Source of the DNA: a virus
IMG/VR virus record: IMGVR_UViG_3300042937_001707
Span: 14,985-78,984 of that record
DNA length: 64,000 nucleotides
Direction: 5' to 3' (one strand)
Shown here: positions 51,114 to 60,440 of the stretch, piece by piece
Position numbering within the stretch: position 1 is the first letter of the stretch
Layout of the letters: the number at the start of each line of letters is the position of its first letter
The notes under the pieces: generated by a model
Seen by the model: only the letters and a program-made list of their open reading frames with translations
Told to the model about the DNA's origin: nothing
Database searches by the model: none
Translations under genes and position numbers: made by a program

Positions 51114-52001
51114 ATGATAGAGTCTTCTTATAGAGCTAATCCACAGCTCAAGCGTGAAGGAATACAAATAGAGTTTACTCAGGAGCAAGTAGAAGAATAT
51201 ATTAAATGCGCGTCTGATCCAATATATTTCATCCAAAATTATGTAAAAGTGGTCCATGTAGATAAAGGCGTTATTCCTTTTAATATGTGGGATTTCCAAA
51301 AAGACATGATTAAAACGTTTCACGAAAACCGTTTTAGTATTGTTAAGTGTCCTCGTCAGGTGGGAAAAACAGTTTCTTCTGTGGCGTACATTCTTTGGAT
51401 GACTTTATTCAATGACGATCAAAACATAGCAATCCTAGCAAACAAAGGCGACCTAGCAAGAGAAATTCTCGATAGATACCAACTCGCATATGAAAACTTG
51501 CCTATTTGGTTACAACAGGGAGTTAGAGTTTGGAATAAAGGTTCTATTGAATTAGAAAACGGTTCGAAAGTATTGGCGTCTGCTACTTCTTCAAACGCCA
51601 TACGTGGTGGCTCTTTCACATGTGTCTTTTTGGACGAATTTGCATTCGTTCCTTCTAATATAGCAGAAAATTTCTTCACATCTGTTTATCCAGTAATATC
51701 TTCTGGTAAAACAACTAAGATGATTATTGTTTCTACTCCAAACGGTATGAATTTGTTTTATAAAATGTGGACTGATGCTGTATCAAAAAGAAGTGAATAT
51801 AAAACTTTTAGTATCCATTGGGGAATGGTTCCCGGAAGAGACGAAAAGTTTAAAGAACAAACAATCAAGAATACTTCGCTACGGCAATGGCAACAAGAAT
51901 TTGAATGCGTTCATGGAGAAACTTTAATAGAAATTTTAGACACAAAAACAAATCAAACAATATCTATACCAATAAAAGATTTTTACGAAGATTTTGTTTG
52001 A
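51114..52001 (+). CDS. gp17: Terminase large subunit, N-terminal (ATPase) half fused to split-intein N-fragment
   Basis: PRQVGKT Walker A, VFLDEFAF Walker B, VSTPNG motif III; ends QQEFE|CVHGETLIEI...DFV*. Confidence 0.93.
   Translation: MIESSYRANPQLKREGIQIEFTQEQVEEYIKCASDPIYFIQNYVKVVHVDKGVIPFNMWDFQKDMIKTFHENRFSIVKCPRQVGKTVSSVAYILWMTLFNDDQNIAILANKGDLAREILDRYQLAYENLPIWLQQGVRVWNKGSIELENGSKVLASATSSNAIRGGSFTCVFLDEFAFVPSNIAENFFTSVYPVISSGKTTKMIIVSTPNGMNLFYKMWTDAVSKRSEYKTFSIHWGMVPGRDEKFKEQTIKNTSLRQWQQEFECVHGETLIEILDTKTNQTISIPIKDFYEDFV
51906..51998 (+). mobile_element. Split intein N-fragment (31 aa)
   Basis: Block A CVHGETLIEI begins at the conserved QEFE/C site of TerL and is followed by a stop. 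Confidence 0.88.
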
Positions 52002-52018
52002 TTAAGACTTTTTTGCTT

Positions 52019-52026
52019 TATAAATA
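52019..52026 (+). promoter_or_regulatory. T4-type late promoter for the HNH and IntC-TerL genes
   Basis: Intergenic TATAAATA. Confidence 0.75.
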
Positions 52027-52053
52027 TTATATTTTAGAAATATAGTTCATAAT

Positions 52054-52617
52054 ATGTGCGATAATTATAGAAAAATTTGGGAAAATCGTTTTGGGAAAAT
52101 CCCTTTTGATGATAACGGAAGAACTTTTGAAATACACCATATAGACGGTAATAAGTCAAATAACGATATAAACAATTTATTGTGCGTTAGTATTCAAGAA
52201 CATTATGAAATACACTATAAAAATGGAGATTATGGAGCTTGTGTTATGATAGCAAAACGCATGTCTTTACCTCCAAATTATATTTCTGAGATACAGAAAG
52301 GTGTTAAGAGACCGAGAATAGGTGGCGTTAAAAAGGGAACCAAACCTTGGAACAAAGGTTTAACTGGATATAAATTGAATTTAACTGAAGAAGGAAAGCA
52401 AAAACAAAATCAAGCAAAACCTAGAAAAATATCAGAAGAAAATGTAAGGGTAATTATAAAAAACTATAAAGATAGAATTTTTATAGAAGACGACAGAATA
52501 GGAAAAACGCAAAAAAATGGTAAAAAATTAACATACGAAAAAGCTTTTGCAGAATATTATTCTAAAATTTATAATGTTACTGATACTAGAATTTTGCAAA
52601 TAATAAAAAATGTTTAA
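52054..52617 (+). mobile_element. Free-standing HNH homing endonuclease gene between the split terminase halves
   Basis: EIHHIDGNKSNNDINNLLCVSIQEHYEIH (HNH); KGTKPWNKG (NUMOD3-like); own TATAAATA at 52019. Confidence 0.88.
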
Positions 52618-52924
52618 AGAAAATAATAGATATTTAATAAAAACCCCTTTAGGGTTTGAATCCTTTAAGGGTATACAAAATAAAAAAATTAATATATTAT
52701 ATACTTTTATTTTTGAAGACGGGGAATCAATAAAGTGTTCTGGAGGTCACAAATTTTTAACTGACATCGGATTTTTAGAAGCCAAAAATATAACTCTAAA
52801 AAACACGATAACAAACAAAAAAATAAAAGATATAGTAACAGAAAACGGAATTTTTGATGTATATGAACCTATATCTGTTGGAACGTATAAAACATATTTT
52901 ACTAACAACGTCATTTCTCACAAT
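52610..52924 (+). mobile_element. Split intein C-fragment (105 aa)
   Basis: IKTPLGF, block B CSGGHKF, block F VYEPISV, block G VISHN followed by Cys+1. Confidence 0.9.
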
Positions 52925-53821
52925 TGTGATTTCCTGGGTTCAACAAACACCCTCATATCTGGCGAAAAACTGGCTACAATAGCATATAAAGAATCATTAA
53001 AAAAATATGCGGATATGATAGTTTATGAAGACCCTATAAAAGAATTTTATGATGAGGATACTGGAGAGTTATTAACTAGAGATCATTTATACGCAATGAC
53101 TGTAGACGTTTCAGAAGGTAAAAATTTAGATTATTCTGCGTTTTCTGTTTTTGACGTTTCAACTATGCCTTATAAGCAAGTTGCTGTTTATAGAAATAAC
53201 GCAATACCTCCAATGTTATACCCAACTGTTCTTAAAATGTGTGCTGAATATTATAATAACGCTCATGTATTAATTGAAGTAAATAATAATCCACAAATAG
53301 CAGACGTTTTAATTGAAGATTTAGAATATGAAAACGTATTAAAGGTTTCTTCTGGTAATAAGCGAGCACAAACATTATGTTTATACGGAGGTAGAAACGT
53401 TGCTATGGGATTAAAAATGAGCCCACTAGTTAAACGTATTGGTTGTTCTACTCTAAAAACCCTAGTCGAAACGGATAAATTGGTTATACAAGATTTTGAA
53501 ACTATATCCGAATTAACAACATTTGTGCAAGACGGTCCGTCATATAAAGCCGAAGAAGGGGCAAACGACGATCTTGCTATGACTTTGGTCATATTTGGTT
53601 GGTTGGCAACACAAAAAATGTTTAAAGAAATAGTAGATCACGACCTCAGAAAACAACTTCAGTTAGAACATTTTAACTTTTCTGAAGAAGACCAACTACC
53701 TTTGGGCGAATTAGACAACGGATTAAAATTTGAACATTTTGTAGAAGGTAATTCCGTTTGGATAGAAACGTCTGACCCAGACCCATATAAACTTATTTTA
53801 AAGGATATGTTAGATTTTTAA
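52610..53821 (+). CDS. gp17: Split-intein C-fragment fused to terminase large subunit C-terminal (nuclease) half
   Basis: Intein ends ISHN|C, followed by DFLGSTNTLISG, VDVSEGKNLDYSAF, IEVNN and NDDLAMTLVIFGW (RNase H-like TerL nuclease). Confidence 0.93.
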   Translation: MFKENNRYLIKTPLGFESFKGIQNKKINILYTFIFEDGESIKCSGGHKFLTDIGFLEAKNITLKNTITNKKIKDIVTENGIFDVYEPISVGTYKTYFTNNVISHNCDFLGSTNTLISGEKLATIAYKESLKKYADMIVYEDPIKEFYDEDTGELLTRDHLYAMTVDVSEGKNLDYSAFSVFDVSTMPYKQVAVYRNNAIPPMLYPTVLKMCAEYYNNAHVLIEVNNNPQIADVLIEDLEYENVLKVSSGNKRAQTLCLYGGRNVAMGLKMSPLVKRIGCSTLKTLVETDKLVIQDFETISELTTFVQDGPSYKAEEGANDDLAMTLVIFGWLATQKMFKEIVDHDLRKQLQLEHFNFSEEDQLPLGELDNGLKFEHFVEGNSVWIETSDPDPYKLILKDMLDF

Positions 53822-53833
53822 AACGCTCAATTT

Positions 53834-53841
53834 TATAAATA
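53834..53841 (+). promoter_or_regulatory. T4-type late promoter (gp18)
   Basis: TATAAATA plus AGGAG SD. Confidence 0.85.
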
Positions 53842-53875
53842 ATTATATCAATTTACACTATAATAGGAGATAAAA

Positions 53876-55666
53876 ATGAGTGTTTTAAATATGTTATCCC
53901 CAGGAATTCAAGTAAACGAAGTAGATTTGACTACTATCGTTCCTGGAGTATCTACTTCTGTAGGAGCATTCGTTGGGGAATTCAATTGGGGACCAGTTAA
54001 TCAACCAGTGCTCATTTCTAACGAGACGCAATTACTATCGGTTTTTGGAAAACCCACAACAGAAACTTCAGATTCTTATGTTGCTACTTCTTTCTTTTCT
54101 TGTGCAAACTTTTTGTCTTATACAAATTCTTTGTATGTAACAAGAACTATTAACGCAAATAGCGCATTAAATGCCTCAACAGACAGAACAGCAAATAAAA
54201 TTTTAATTTCCAACGAAGACGCATACGAAAATAATTATTTAAATGCTAATAATGAATTCTTATACGGCGACTTTGTAGCAAAATATCCCGGAAAAATTGC
54301 CAATGGACTTCAAATTTCTTTGTGCGCAAATTCTGCTGGTTTTTCTTCTTGGTCTTATAAGAACTATTTCGATAACGCTCCAGGAACATCAACTTATGTC
54401 GCAGAAACGACTGGAAATTACTCTGCCAATGACGAATTCCATATGATTGTTATCGACAGTTTGGGGAAAATGTCTGGTAAAGCTAATACAATCCTTGAAA
54501 AATTTGCATTTTTATCAAAAGCAAAAGATGCAGTAGATATTAACGGAAGAAGTTCTTATTTCAAAAACGTTTTGCTACAATCATCGAATTATTTGTATGT
54601 GTTAGACAACCCAGATTATGCAAATACAGCCAATACTTGGGGAAAACTTTCTTCAGACGTTGTTTCTTATGATTCACCCATTAACTTTAATGTGACATTA
54701 AATGGTGGGTCTGATGGTGTCGCCCCAACGACTGCAAACGTTACTTCTTCTTGGGATTTAATCAACGATAAAGATAAGTATGAAATTTCTTTGGCTTTTC
54801 TAGGCGCAGCAGCACCAAATAATGACGCGACACCAATTGTCGCGCAACACGTATTAGACAATATTATTCTTGGAACTAGCGGCGAAACCCCAATTATCGG
54901 AAGAAAAGATTGTATGTTATTTGTATCTCCTCGCATAGGAGACGTATTAAACGAATCAGGATTTGAAGTCGATAATATAGTAACAAACAACCTTTCTTTC
55001 TTAAACGTCTTGAATAGAAGTTCTTCTTATATGGTTGTGGATTCTGGTTGGAAGTACCAATACGACCGCTATAATAATGTTTACCGTTGGATTCCATTAA
55101 ACGCAGATATTGCAGGGCTTTGCGCGTATACCGATTCTGTTGCTGATCCTTGGTATTCTCCTGCTGGATTTAATAGAGGTAAAGTTAAAAATGCAGTAAA
55201 GCTTGCTTGGAATCCTAATTTAACACAAAGAGACGAATTATATAAGAATGGAATCAATCCAGTAGTTTCTGTTACTGGTGATGGGGTTGTCCTTCTTGGA
55301 GATAAAACTCTACAAAGAAAACCTTCTGCGTTCGATAGAATTAATGTTCGTAGATTATTCATTACTCTTGAAAAATCTATTTCTAGAGCAGCAAAATTCA
55401 GCCTATTTGAATTTAACGATCCGTTCACTAGATCACAATTCGTCGCTTTAATTGAACCATACCTACGTTCAGTACAAGCAAGAAGGGGTATTACCGCATT
55501 TAGAGTAGTTTGTGACGAAACCAATAATACTTCAGATATTATTGATAGAAACGCTTTTGTTGGTGATATCTATATTAAACCAGCAAGAAGCATCAACTTT
55601 ATCCAATTAAACTTTGTTGCAGTAAAAACTGGTGTGGACTTTAATACAGTTGTAGGACAATTCTAA
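53876..55666 (+). CDS. gp18: Tail sheath protein
   Basis: LSPGIQVNEVDLT, FNWGP, PWYSPAGFNRG, FDRINVRRLF, IKPARSINFIQLNF. Confidence 0.97.
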   Translation: MSVLNMLSPGIQVNEVDLTTIVPGVSTSVGAFVGEFNWGPVNQPVLISNETQLLSVFGKPTTETSDSYVATSFFSCANFLSYTNSLYVTRTINANSALNASTDRTANKILISNEDAYENNYLNANNEFLYGDFVAKYPGKIANGLQISLCANSAGFSSWSYKNYFDNAPGTSTYVAETTGNYSANDEFHMIVIDSLGKMSGKANTILEKFAFLSKAKDAVDINGRSSYFKNVLLQSSNYLYVLDNPDYANTANTWGKLSSDVVSYDSPINFNVTLNGGSDGVAPTTANVTSSWDLINDKDKYEISLAFLGAAAPNNDATPIVAQHVLDNIILGTSGETPIIGRKDCMLFVSPRIGDVLNESGFEVDNIVTNNLSFLNVLNRSSSYMVVDSGWKYQYDRYNNVYRWIPLNADIAGLCAYTDSVADPWYSPAGFNRGKVKNAVKLAWNPNLTQRDELYKNGINPVVSVTGDGVVLLGDKTLQRKPSAFDRINVRRLFITLEKSISRAAKFSLFEFNDPFTRSQFVALIEPYLRSVQARRGITAFRVVCDETNNTSDIIDRNAFVGDIYIKPARSINFIQLNFVAVKTGVDFNTVVGQF

Positions 55667-55685
55667 CATAAATTAGAATAATAAT

Positions 55686-55710
55686 AAAAGGGGTCTTAGG
55701 ACCCCTTTTT
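55686..55710 (+). terminator. Rho-independent terminator after gp18
   Basis: aaaaggggtc-ttag-gacccctttt-t. Confidence 0.9.
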
Positions 55711-55732
55711 ATTTGACGTAAATTAAGATTAT

Positions 55733-55740
55733 TATAAATA
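55733..55740 (+). promoter_or_regulatory. T4-type late promoter (gp19)
   Basis: TATAAATA plus AAGGAG SD. Confidence 0.85.
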
Positions 55741-55774
55741 CTTAAAAATATTTACATTTCCAAGGAGAAATAAG

Positions 55775-56344
55775 ATGGCTAATTACCAACCTTTTAACAT
55801 TTCCACTTTTGTCAATAACATGACCTTTGATGGAGCCAGACCTAACCTTTTCGACATAACTTTTGAAGCTCAATCAGAAAATGTTGGAGACAACTTTACA
55901 TTAAGAGCCGAATCTACTTCCCTTCCTGGTTCCAGTATTGGTACCGCTTCTGCATATTTTTTCGGCAGAGAAGCGAAATTTGCTGGTAATAGAAGATTTG
56001 ATAATTGGACTGTTCAAATTCTAGTTGATGAACAAGATTTTAAAAGCGGACCAAGATTCTTCTTAGAAAGTTGGATGAATAAATTGAATGGTCACGTTGC
56101 AAACGTTAGAGATTCAGCAAAAATCACACCAAACGACTACCAAAAAGATGGATACGTTAGGCATTATAGTAAAGACGGTAAAGGTATTCTAGCAGAATAT
56201 AAAATGGTCCAGTGCTTTCCAGTAGATATTTCTCCAATTAATTTGGGTTGGGATCAAAACGACCAAATCGAAAGATTTTCCGTAACTTTCGCAATGCAAT
56301 GGTGGGAATCTAATACTGGAAGTACAGATAAGACTTCTTCTTAA
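55775..56344 (+). CDS. gp19: Tail tube protein
   Basis: GARPNLF, SLPGS, FGREAKFAGNRRFDNW, FPVDISPINLGWD...FSVTF. Confidence 0.95.
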   Translation: MANYQPFNISTFVNNMTFDGARPNLFDITFEAQSENVGDNFTLRAESTSLPGSSIGTASAYFFGREAKFAGNRRFDNWTVQILVDEQDFKSGPRFFLESWMNKLNGHVANVRDSAKITPNDYQKDGYVRHYSKDGKGILAEYKMVQCFPVDISPINLGWDQNDQIERFSVTFAMQWWESNTGSTDKTSS

Positions 56345-56348
56345 TGTC

Positions 56349-56356
56349 TATAAATA
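56349..56356 (+). promoter_or_regulatory. T4-type late promoter (gp20)
   Basis: Intergenic TATAAATA. Confidence 0.8.
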
Positions 56357-56386
56357 TTGAATTAATCTTAATTATGGAATAAAAAT

Positions 56387-58045
56387 ATGGCAGATAAATC
56401 ATTCAGTTTATTCGGGTTTAAATTAAAGCGTAAAGAAGAAGAAAAGGTAGATCAAATACCAAGTTTTACTGTACCTGCTAACGAAGACGGTGCAACAACA
56501 ATTTCTTCTTCTGCTTTTTATTCTCAAACTATAGACTTAGACGGAATAACAAAAAACGAGGTTGAATTAATAACTCGCTATAGGGAAATGGCGATGCAAC
56601 CAGAAATTGAATCTGCTATTGAAGATATTATTAATGAAGCTATAGTACAAAACGATGATGGAAAATCTGTAGATATCGTCACAGACAATATCGCAAAAAT
56701 GTCAGATAAATTGAGAGATGCCATCGAAGCAGAATTTAAAGTTGTATTAAAACTTTTAAATTATAATAATATGGCGTCTGATATTTTCAGAAGGTATTAT
56801 GTAGATGGTAGATTATTTTACCACGCAATTATTGATATTACCAACCCAAAAAAAGGTATTCAAGAATTACGATATGTTGATCCAAGAAAAATTAGAAAAA
56901 TTAGAGAAGTAAAAAAGCAAAAAGATAAAGAAACAGGAGTAGAAGTCGTTACAGATGTGAGCGAATACTATATCTATAACGATAGAATGGTATCCGGCAC
57001 CACAGCAACTTCAAGCGTTCAAGGTATTAAAATAGCTCCAGATTCTGTAATCAATATCAATTCGGGGCTAATGGACGCTAGAAGAGCAGTCGTTTTAAGT
57101 TATTTACATAAAGCAATCAAGCCATTAAACCAATTAAGAATGATTGAAGACGCTTCTGTGATTTATAAGCTATCAAGAGCTCCTTCTAGAAGAGTATTCT
57201 ACGTTGATGTTGGTGATATGCCTAAAGCAAAAGCTGAACAATATCTTAGGGATATGATGACCAAATATAGAAATAAATTGGTGTATGACGCCACTACTGG
57301 AGAAGTAAGAGACGACAGAAAACATTTATCCATGCTCGAAGATTTTTGGATGCCTAGAAGAAATAACGGAACAACTACAGAAATTAAAACTCTGGAATCT
57401 TTAGACAATTTCTCAAATATGGATATGGTAGAATATTTTGAGAGAAAATTGTATAAATCTCTGAACGTTCCCGTAAATAGATTGGACCCACAAAATGTTT
57501 ATAATGTTGGTAGAAGCAGCGAAATTACAAGAGACGAATTAAAGTTTGCTAAATTTATTGACAAACTAAGAAATAAATTTTCTGATATGTTTGATCAAAT
57601 CATGAGAATTCAATTAGTTTTAAAAGGGGTTTGTACAGAAGAAGAATGGGAAGAATATAAAGAGGGCGTATTTTACGACTTCGTAAAAGATAATAACTAT
57701 TCTGAATTGAAAGAAGCAGAATTGATGCAAGGTCGATTGGGGATTCTTGGGATTATTGACCCTTACGTTGGGAAATATTATTCAAAAGAATGGATTCAAA
57801 GGAATGTATTAAGGTTGAATGACGACGAGATTCGACATATGAGTAAAGAGATGGAAACCGAAAAAAAGGAAGACATAAAAAATCAAGAAGAAGATCAGAG
57901 CAATCAAATTAAATTACAAGCTCAAGCAGCGGAATTGCAGAGTAAATTGATGCCTCAACCAGATCAACAGATTGATGCCGGACAAGAACAAGGTCAAGAA
58001 TCAACACCGCAAAATCCAAATAATCCATACAACGTATATAAATAA
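56387..58045 (+). CDS. gp20: Portal protein
   Basis: YREMAMQPE, YVDGRL, LSYLHKAIKPLNQLRMIED, RVFYVDVG, EDFWMPRR, EITRDELKF. Confidence 0.97.
   Translation: MADKSFSLFGFKLKRKEEEKVDQIPSFTVPANEDGATTISSSAFYSQTIDLDGITKNEVELITRYREMAMQPEIESAIEDIINEAIVQNDDGKSVDIVTDNIAKMSDKLRDAIEAEFKVVLKLLNYNNMASDIFRRYYVDGRLFYHAIIDITNPKKGIQELRYVDPRKIRKIREVKKQKDKETGVEVVTDVSEYYIYNDRMVSGTTATSSVQGIKIAPDSVININSGLMDARRAVVLSYLHKAIKPLNQLRMIEDASVIYKLSRAPSRRVFYVDVGDMPKAKAEQYLRDMMTKYRNKLVYDATTGEVRDDRKHLSMLEDFWMPRRNNGTTTEIKTLESLDNFSNMDMVEYFERKLYKSLNVPVNRLDPQNVYNVGRSSEITRDELKFAKFIDKLRNKFSDMFDQIMRIQLVLKGVCTEEEWEEYKEGVFYDFVKDNNYSELKEAELMQGRLGILGIIDPYVGKYYSKEWIQRNVLRLNDDEIRHMSKEMETEKKEDIKNQEEDQSNQIKLQAQAAELQSKLMPQPDQQIDAGQEQGQESTPQNPNNPYNVYK
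58037..58044 (+). promoter_or_regulatory. T4-type late promoter (gp67-like gene)
   Basis: TATAAATA at the 3' end of the portal gene, plus AGGAG SD. Confidence 0.8.
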
Positions 58046-58063
58046 TAAATTTAGGAGTCAATA

Positions 58064-59047
58064 ATGAACGAGAATATTTCTAAAGCGGTAGATTTCGCAT
58101 TTTCTAATAACATTAGCGAAATGGGAAAAGAAATCGAAAACGCTCTAATGCAGAAAGTTTCTGACGCTCTTGCTGGTAAAAGAATCGAAGTTGCACAAAC
58201 CCTAGTTCAAAACGAAAGAGAAGAACCAGTTGACGACTTTGAAGACGAAGATTTTGAAGAATCTGAATCCATCCAAGAACTAAGCAAAGAAACCCTTCAA
58301 AGTTACGTTAATAAACGTCAATGGGATATGGGTGCTAATGAAAAGGCGCAAAAGAAAATGGATACTGGTTTAGCTAGAGCTGAAACTAAACTAAAAGGCG
58401 ACCAACACAAACTTGATAAAAATAAAAATGGTAAATTAGATTCTCAAGATTTCAAGTTATTAAGAAAAGAATCAGAAGAACTAGAAGAAAAGTTATCTGT
58501 TTCCGATGGAGCCGAAAAGTGGATCCACGATTTTGTACATTCTGACAACCCCAAGTTTGAAGGTAAATCCAAGAAAGAAAGAATTCAAATGGCTCTTGGT
58601 GCCTTTTATGCCGCTAAGAAAGCGACCAACGAAGAAGTTGAAGAACTTGACGAAATCTCCTCAAAATTAGCGTATAGAGCTGCAAGTAAGAGAGGGGAAC
58701 GAATGTCCAAAGCATGGCGAGCTAATGATATGGACACTTTCGAAAAAGAAAGAGGAAAAGCCGAAAAAACTTATAATATTGCAACAAAAAAAGCAAAAGC
58801 AGCAGAGAAGAAAAACCCACAAAAACCGGAACAATCATACCCTTTAGGTGGTTACTCGCGCGCAAGTAATAGATCATATAGTGAAGAAATTGAAGATATC
58901 CAAGAACTAAGCAAAGAAACCCTTCAAAACTACGTTAATAAACGCCAATGGGATATGGGTGCTAATGAAAAAGCGCAAAAGAAAATGGATACTGGTTTAG
59001 CTAGAGCTGAAAAGAAAATTAAGAGAAAATTGAAAATTAGTCAATAA
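58064..59047 (+). CDS. Prohead core protein (gp67-like N-terminus extended with repeated modules)
   Basis: Lies after the portal; KVSDALAGKRIEVA followed by an acidic tract; internal repeats. Confidence 0.6.
   Translation: MNENISKAVDFAFSNNISEMGKEIENALMQKVSDALAGKRIEVAQTLVQNEREEPVDDFEDEDFEESESIQELSKETLQSYVNKRQWDMGANEKAQKKMDTGLARAETKLKGDQHKLDKNKNGKLDSQDFKLLRKESEELEEKLSVSDGAEKWIHDFVHSDNPKFEGKSKKERIQMALGAFYAAKKATNEEVEELDEISSKLAYRAASKRGERMSKAWRANDMDTFEKERGKAEKTYNIATKKAKAAEKKNPQKPEQSYPLGGYSRASNRSYSEEIEDIQELSKETLQNYVNKRQWDMGANEKAQKKMDTGLARAEKKIKRKLKISQ
58271..59012 (+). repeat. 115-bp direct repeat (58271-58385 and 58898-59012)
   Basis: Four mismatches; encodes IQELSKETLQ(S/N)YVNKRQWDMGANEKAQKKMDTGLARAE. 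Confidence 0.92.
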
Positions 59048-59053
59048 GATATA

Positions 59054-59440
59054 ATGAAAACAATAAAGTCGCCACCACAGAATATACTTTTTAGTTTGGT
59101 TGCAATTCAACCATTCCCTAAAAATCAAAAGGTGGCTCTTTATTTTTCAAAAGAACTTAAAAAATATTTTTCAATGAGTTACGGTAAAAATGGAATAGAG
59201 TTATCTGAATCAGATTTTTCTATTATTGAAAAACTAAAAACAATAGAAGAAATAGAACCGTTATATTTTCATGACGGTTCTATTTTGAATATTGATAAAA
59301 AATGTTCTGAATATATGTTAAATCTATATGAAAATATATCAGAAGGTAAATCTGATTTTGAGGAATTCATACTCAGTTCAGATAAACATTTTTTATCAAT
59401 ATTAAATTATTCTGTAAATAGATTTAAAAAGGAAACATAG
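59054..59440 (+). CDS. Hypothetical head-cluster protein (gp68 position)
   Basis: AIQPFPKNQKVALYFSKELKKYFS motif; synteny only. Confidence 0.5.
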   Translation: MKTIKSPPQNILFSLVAIQPFPKNQKVALYFSKELKKYFSMSYGKNGIELSESDFSIIEKLKTIEEIEPLYFHDGSILNIDKKCSEYMLNLYENISEGKSDFEEFILSSDKHFLSILNYSVNRFKKET

Positions 59441-59442
59441 AT

Positions 59443-59973
59443 ATGTCAGTTTCAAGAGTTAAGTATCAAAAGCAGTTCTTCCCAGTAGAAGCATACAATT
59501 ACGACTGGGCGAATGGTAAAGTGGTTATTACGTCTACTGGACACATATTACACAATAATGTAACGGTAACTCTTGCTTCTGGAGCAAGTTACGACGCTTT
59601 AACGGGTTTAGTTACTGTTATAAACGCCAATACATTTTCAGTCCCAGCAATTACGAATTTACAATTTATCGATAATTATGCTTTAAACGGTTATGTTTCA
59701 GGACAATCAGGAGAAAAACCAGCACAAACTTTACCAAGAGGTACTGGTTGTGATGCAGTAATCCAATCTTACGTTACAGGTACTGGAGGCGCTTCTTATA
59801 AAATAGACGTTTCTTTGGATACTGAACATTGGATTTCTCACTCCACGATTACACATTCAACAACAAGCGGAAATACTTATTTTATTACTGTTGCTCCTGG
59901 TTGGGCATACTATAGAGCAAACGTTACTTCTATTGGTGCAAATACTAATTTGGTAATTATGTCTTCGGAGTAA
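59443..59973 (+). CDS. Hypothetical beta-rich virion protein
   Basis: 176-aa ORF with AAGGA SD; T/S/G-rich. Confidence 0.6.
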   Translation: MSVSRVKYQKQFFPVEAYNYDWANGKVVITSTGHILHNNVTVTLASGASYDALTGLVTVINANTFSVPAITNLQFIDNYALNGYVSGQSGEKPAQTLPRGTGCDAVIQSYVTGTGGASYKIDVSLDTEHWISHSTITHSTTSGNTYFITVAPGWAYYRANVTSIGANTNLVIMSSE

Positions 59974-59976
59974 GAT

Positions 59977-60399
59977 ATGCCTCTGGTAAATTCATCAGAT
60001 TGTTGGAAAAAATACGGGAACCCATTTAAAGAAAATAATATGTCTGTTTGGGTTGTTCCAAACTATTTGCATATTGGACCAATACCCAAAAAGATTTATT
60101 GCAATAAAGATATGATTACCCCATTAACAAACGCTTTTGAGAATATCCTAAAAAAAGGAATAAGCGACCAAGTAAAAACTTGGGATGGATGTTTTAATAT
60201 TAGATCAAAGCGAGGGGCAAAATCTATGTCTTTACATTCTTGGGGTATTGCTATCGACATTAATGCTTCTTGGAATAGGTTTGGAAAACCCCCAACTATG
60301 TCAAAAGAATTAGTAGATTGTTTTACTACAGTTGGATTCTCTTGGGGTGGATATTGGAATAAACCAGACGGTATGCACTTTCAATTAGAAAAAATTTAA
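59977..60399 (+). CDS. M15-family zinc peptidase (candidate endolysin)
   Basis: GCFNIR...SLHSWGIAIDIN...GFSWGGYW..PDGMHFQ (SxHxxGxAxD and DxxH motifs). Confidence 0.85.
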   Translation: MPLVNSSDCWKKYGNPFKENNMSVWVVPNYLHIGPIPKKIYCNKDMITPLTNAFENILKKGISDQVKTWDGCFNIRSKRGAKSMSLHSWGIAIDINASWNRFGKPPTMSKELVDCFTTVGFSWGGYWNKPDGMHFQLEKI

Positions 60400-60440
60400 A
60401 ACTTTTTAACAAAACCAAGAATCCCAAAAGGAGAATTTAA

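Noticed and set aside
51114-53821. Terminase as a pseudogene, a frameshift, or a gene interrupted by a group I intron
   Set aside because: Both halves keep their catalytic motifs and carry complementary intein blocks at the break. The non-coding gap is only about 50 nt, too small for a ribozyme core.
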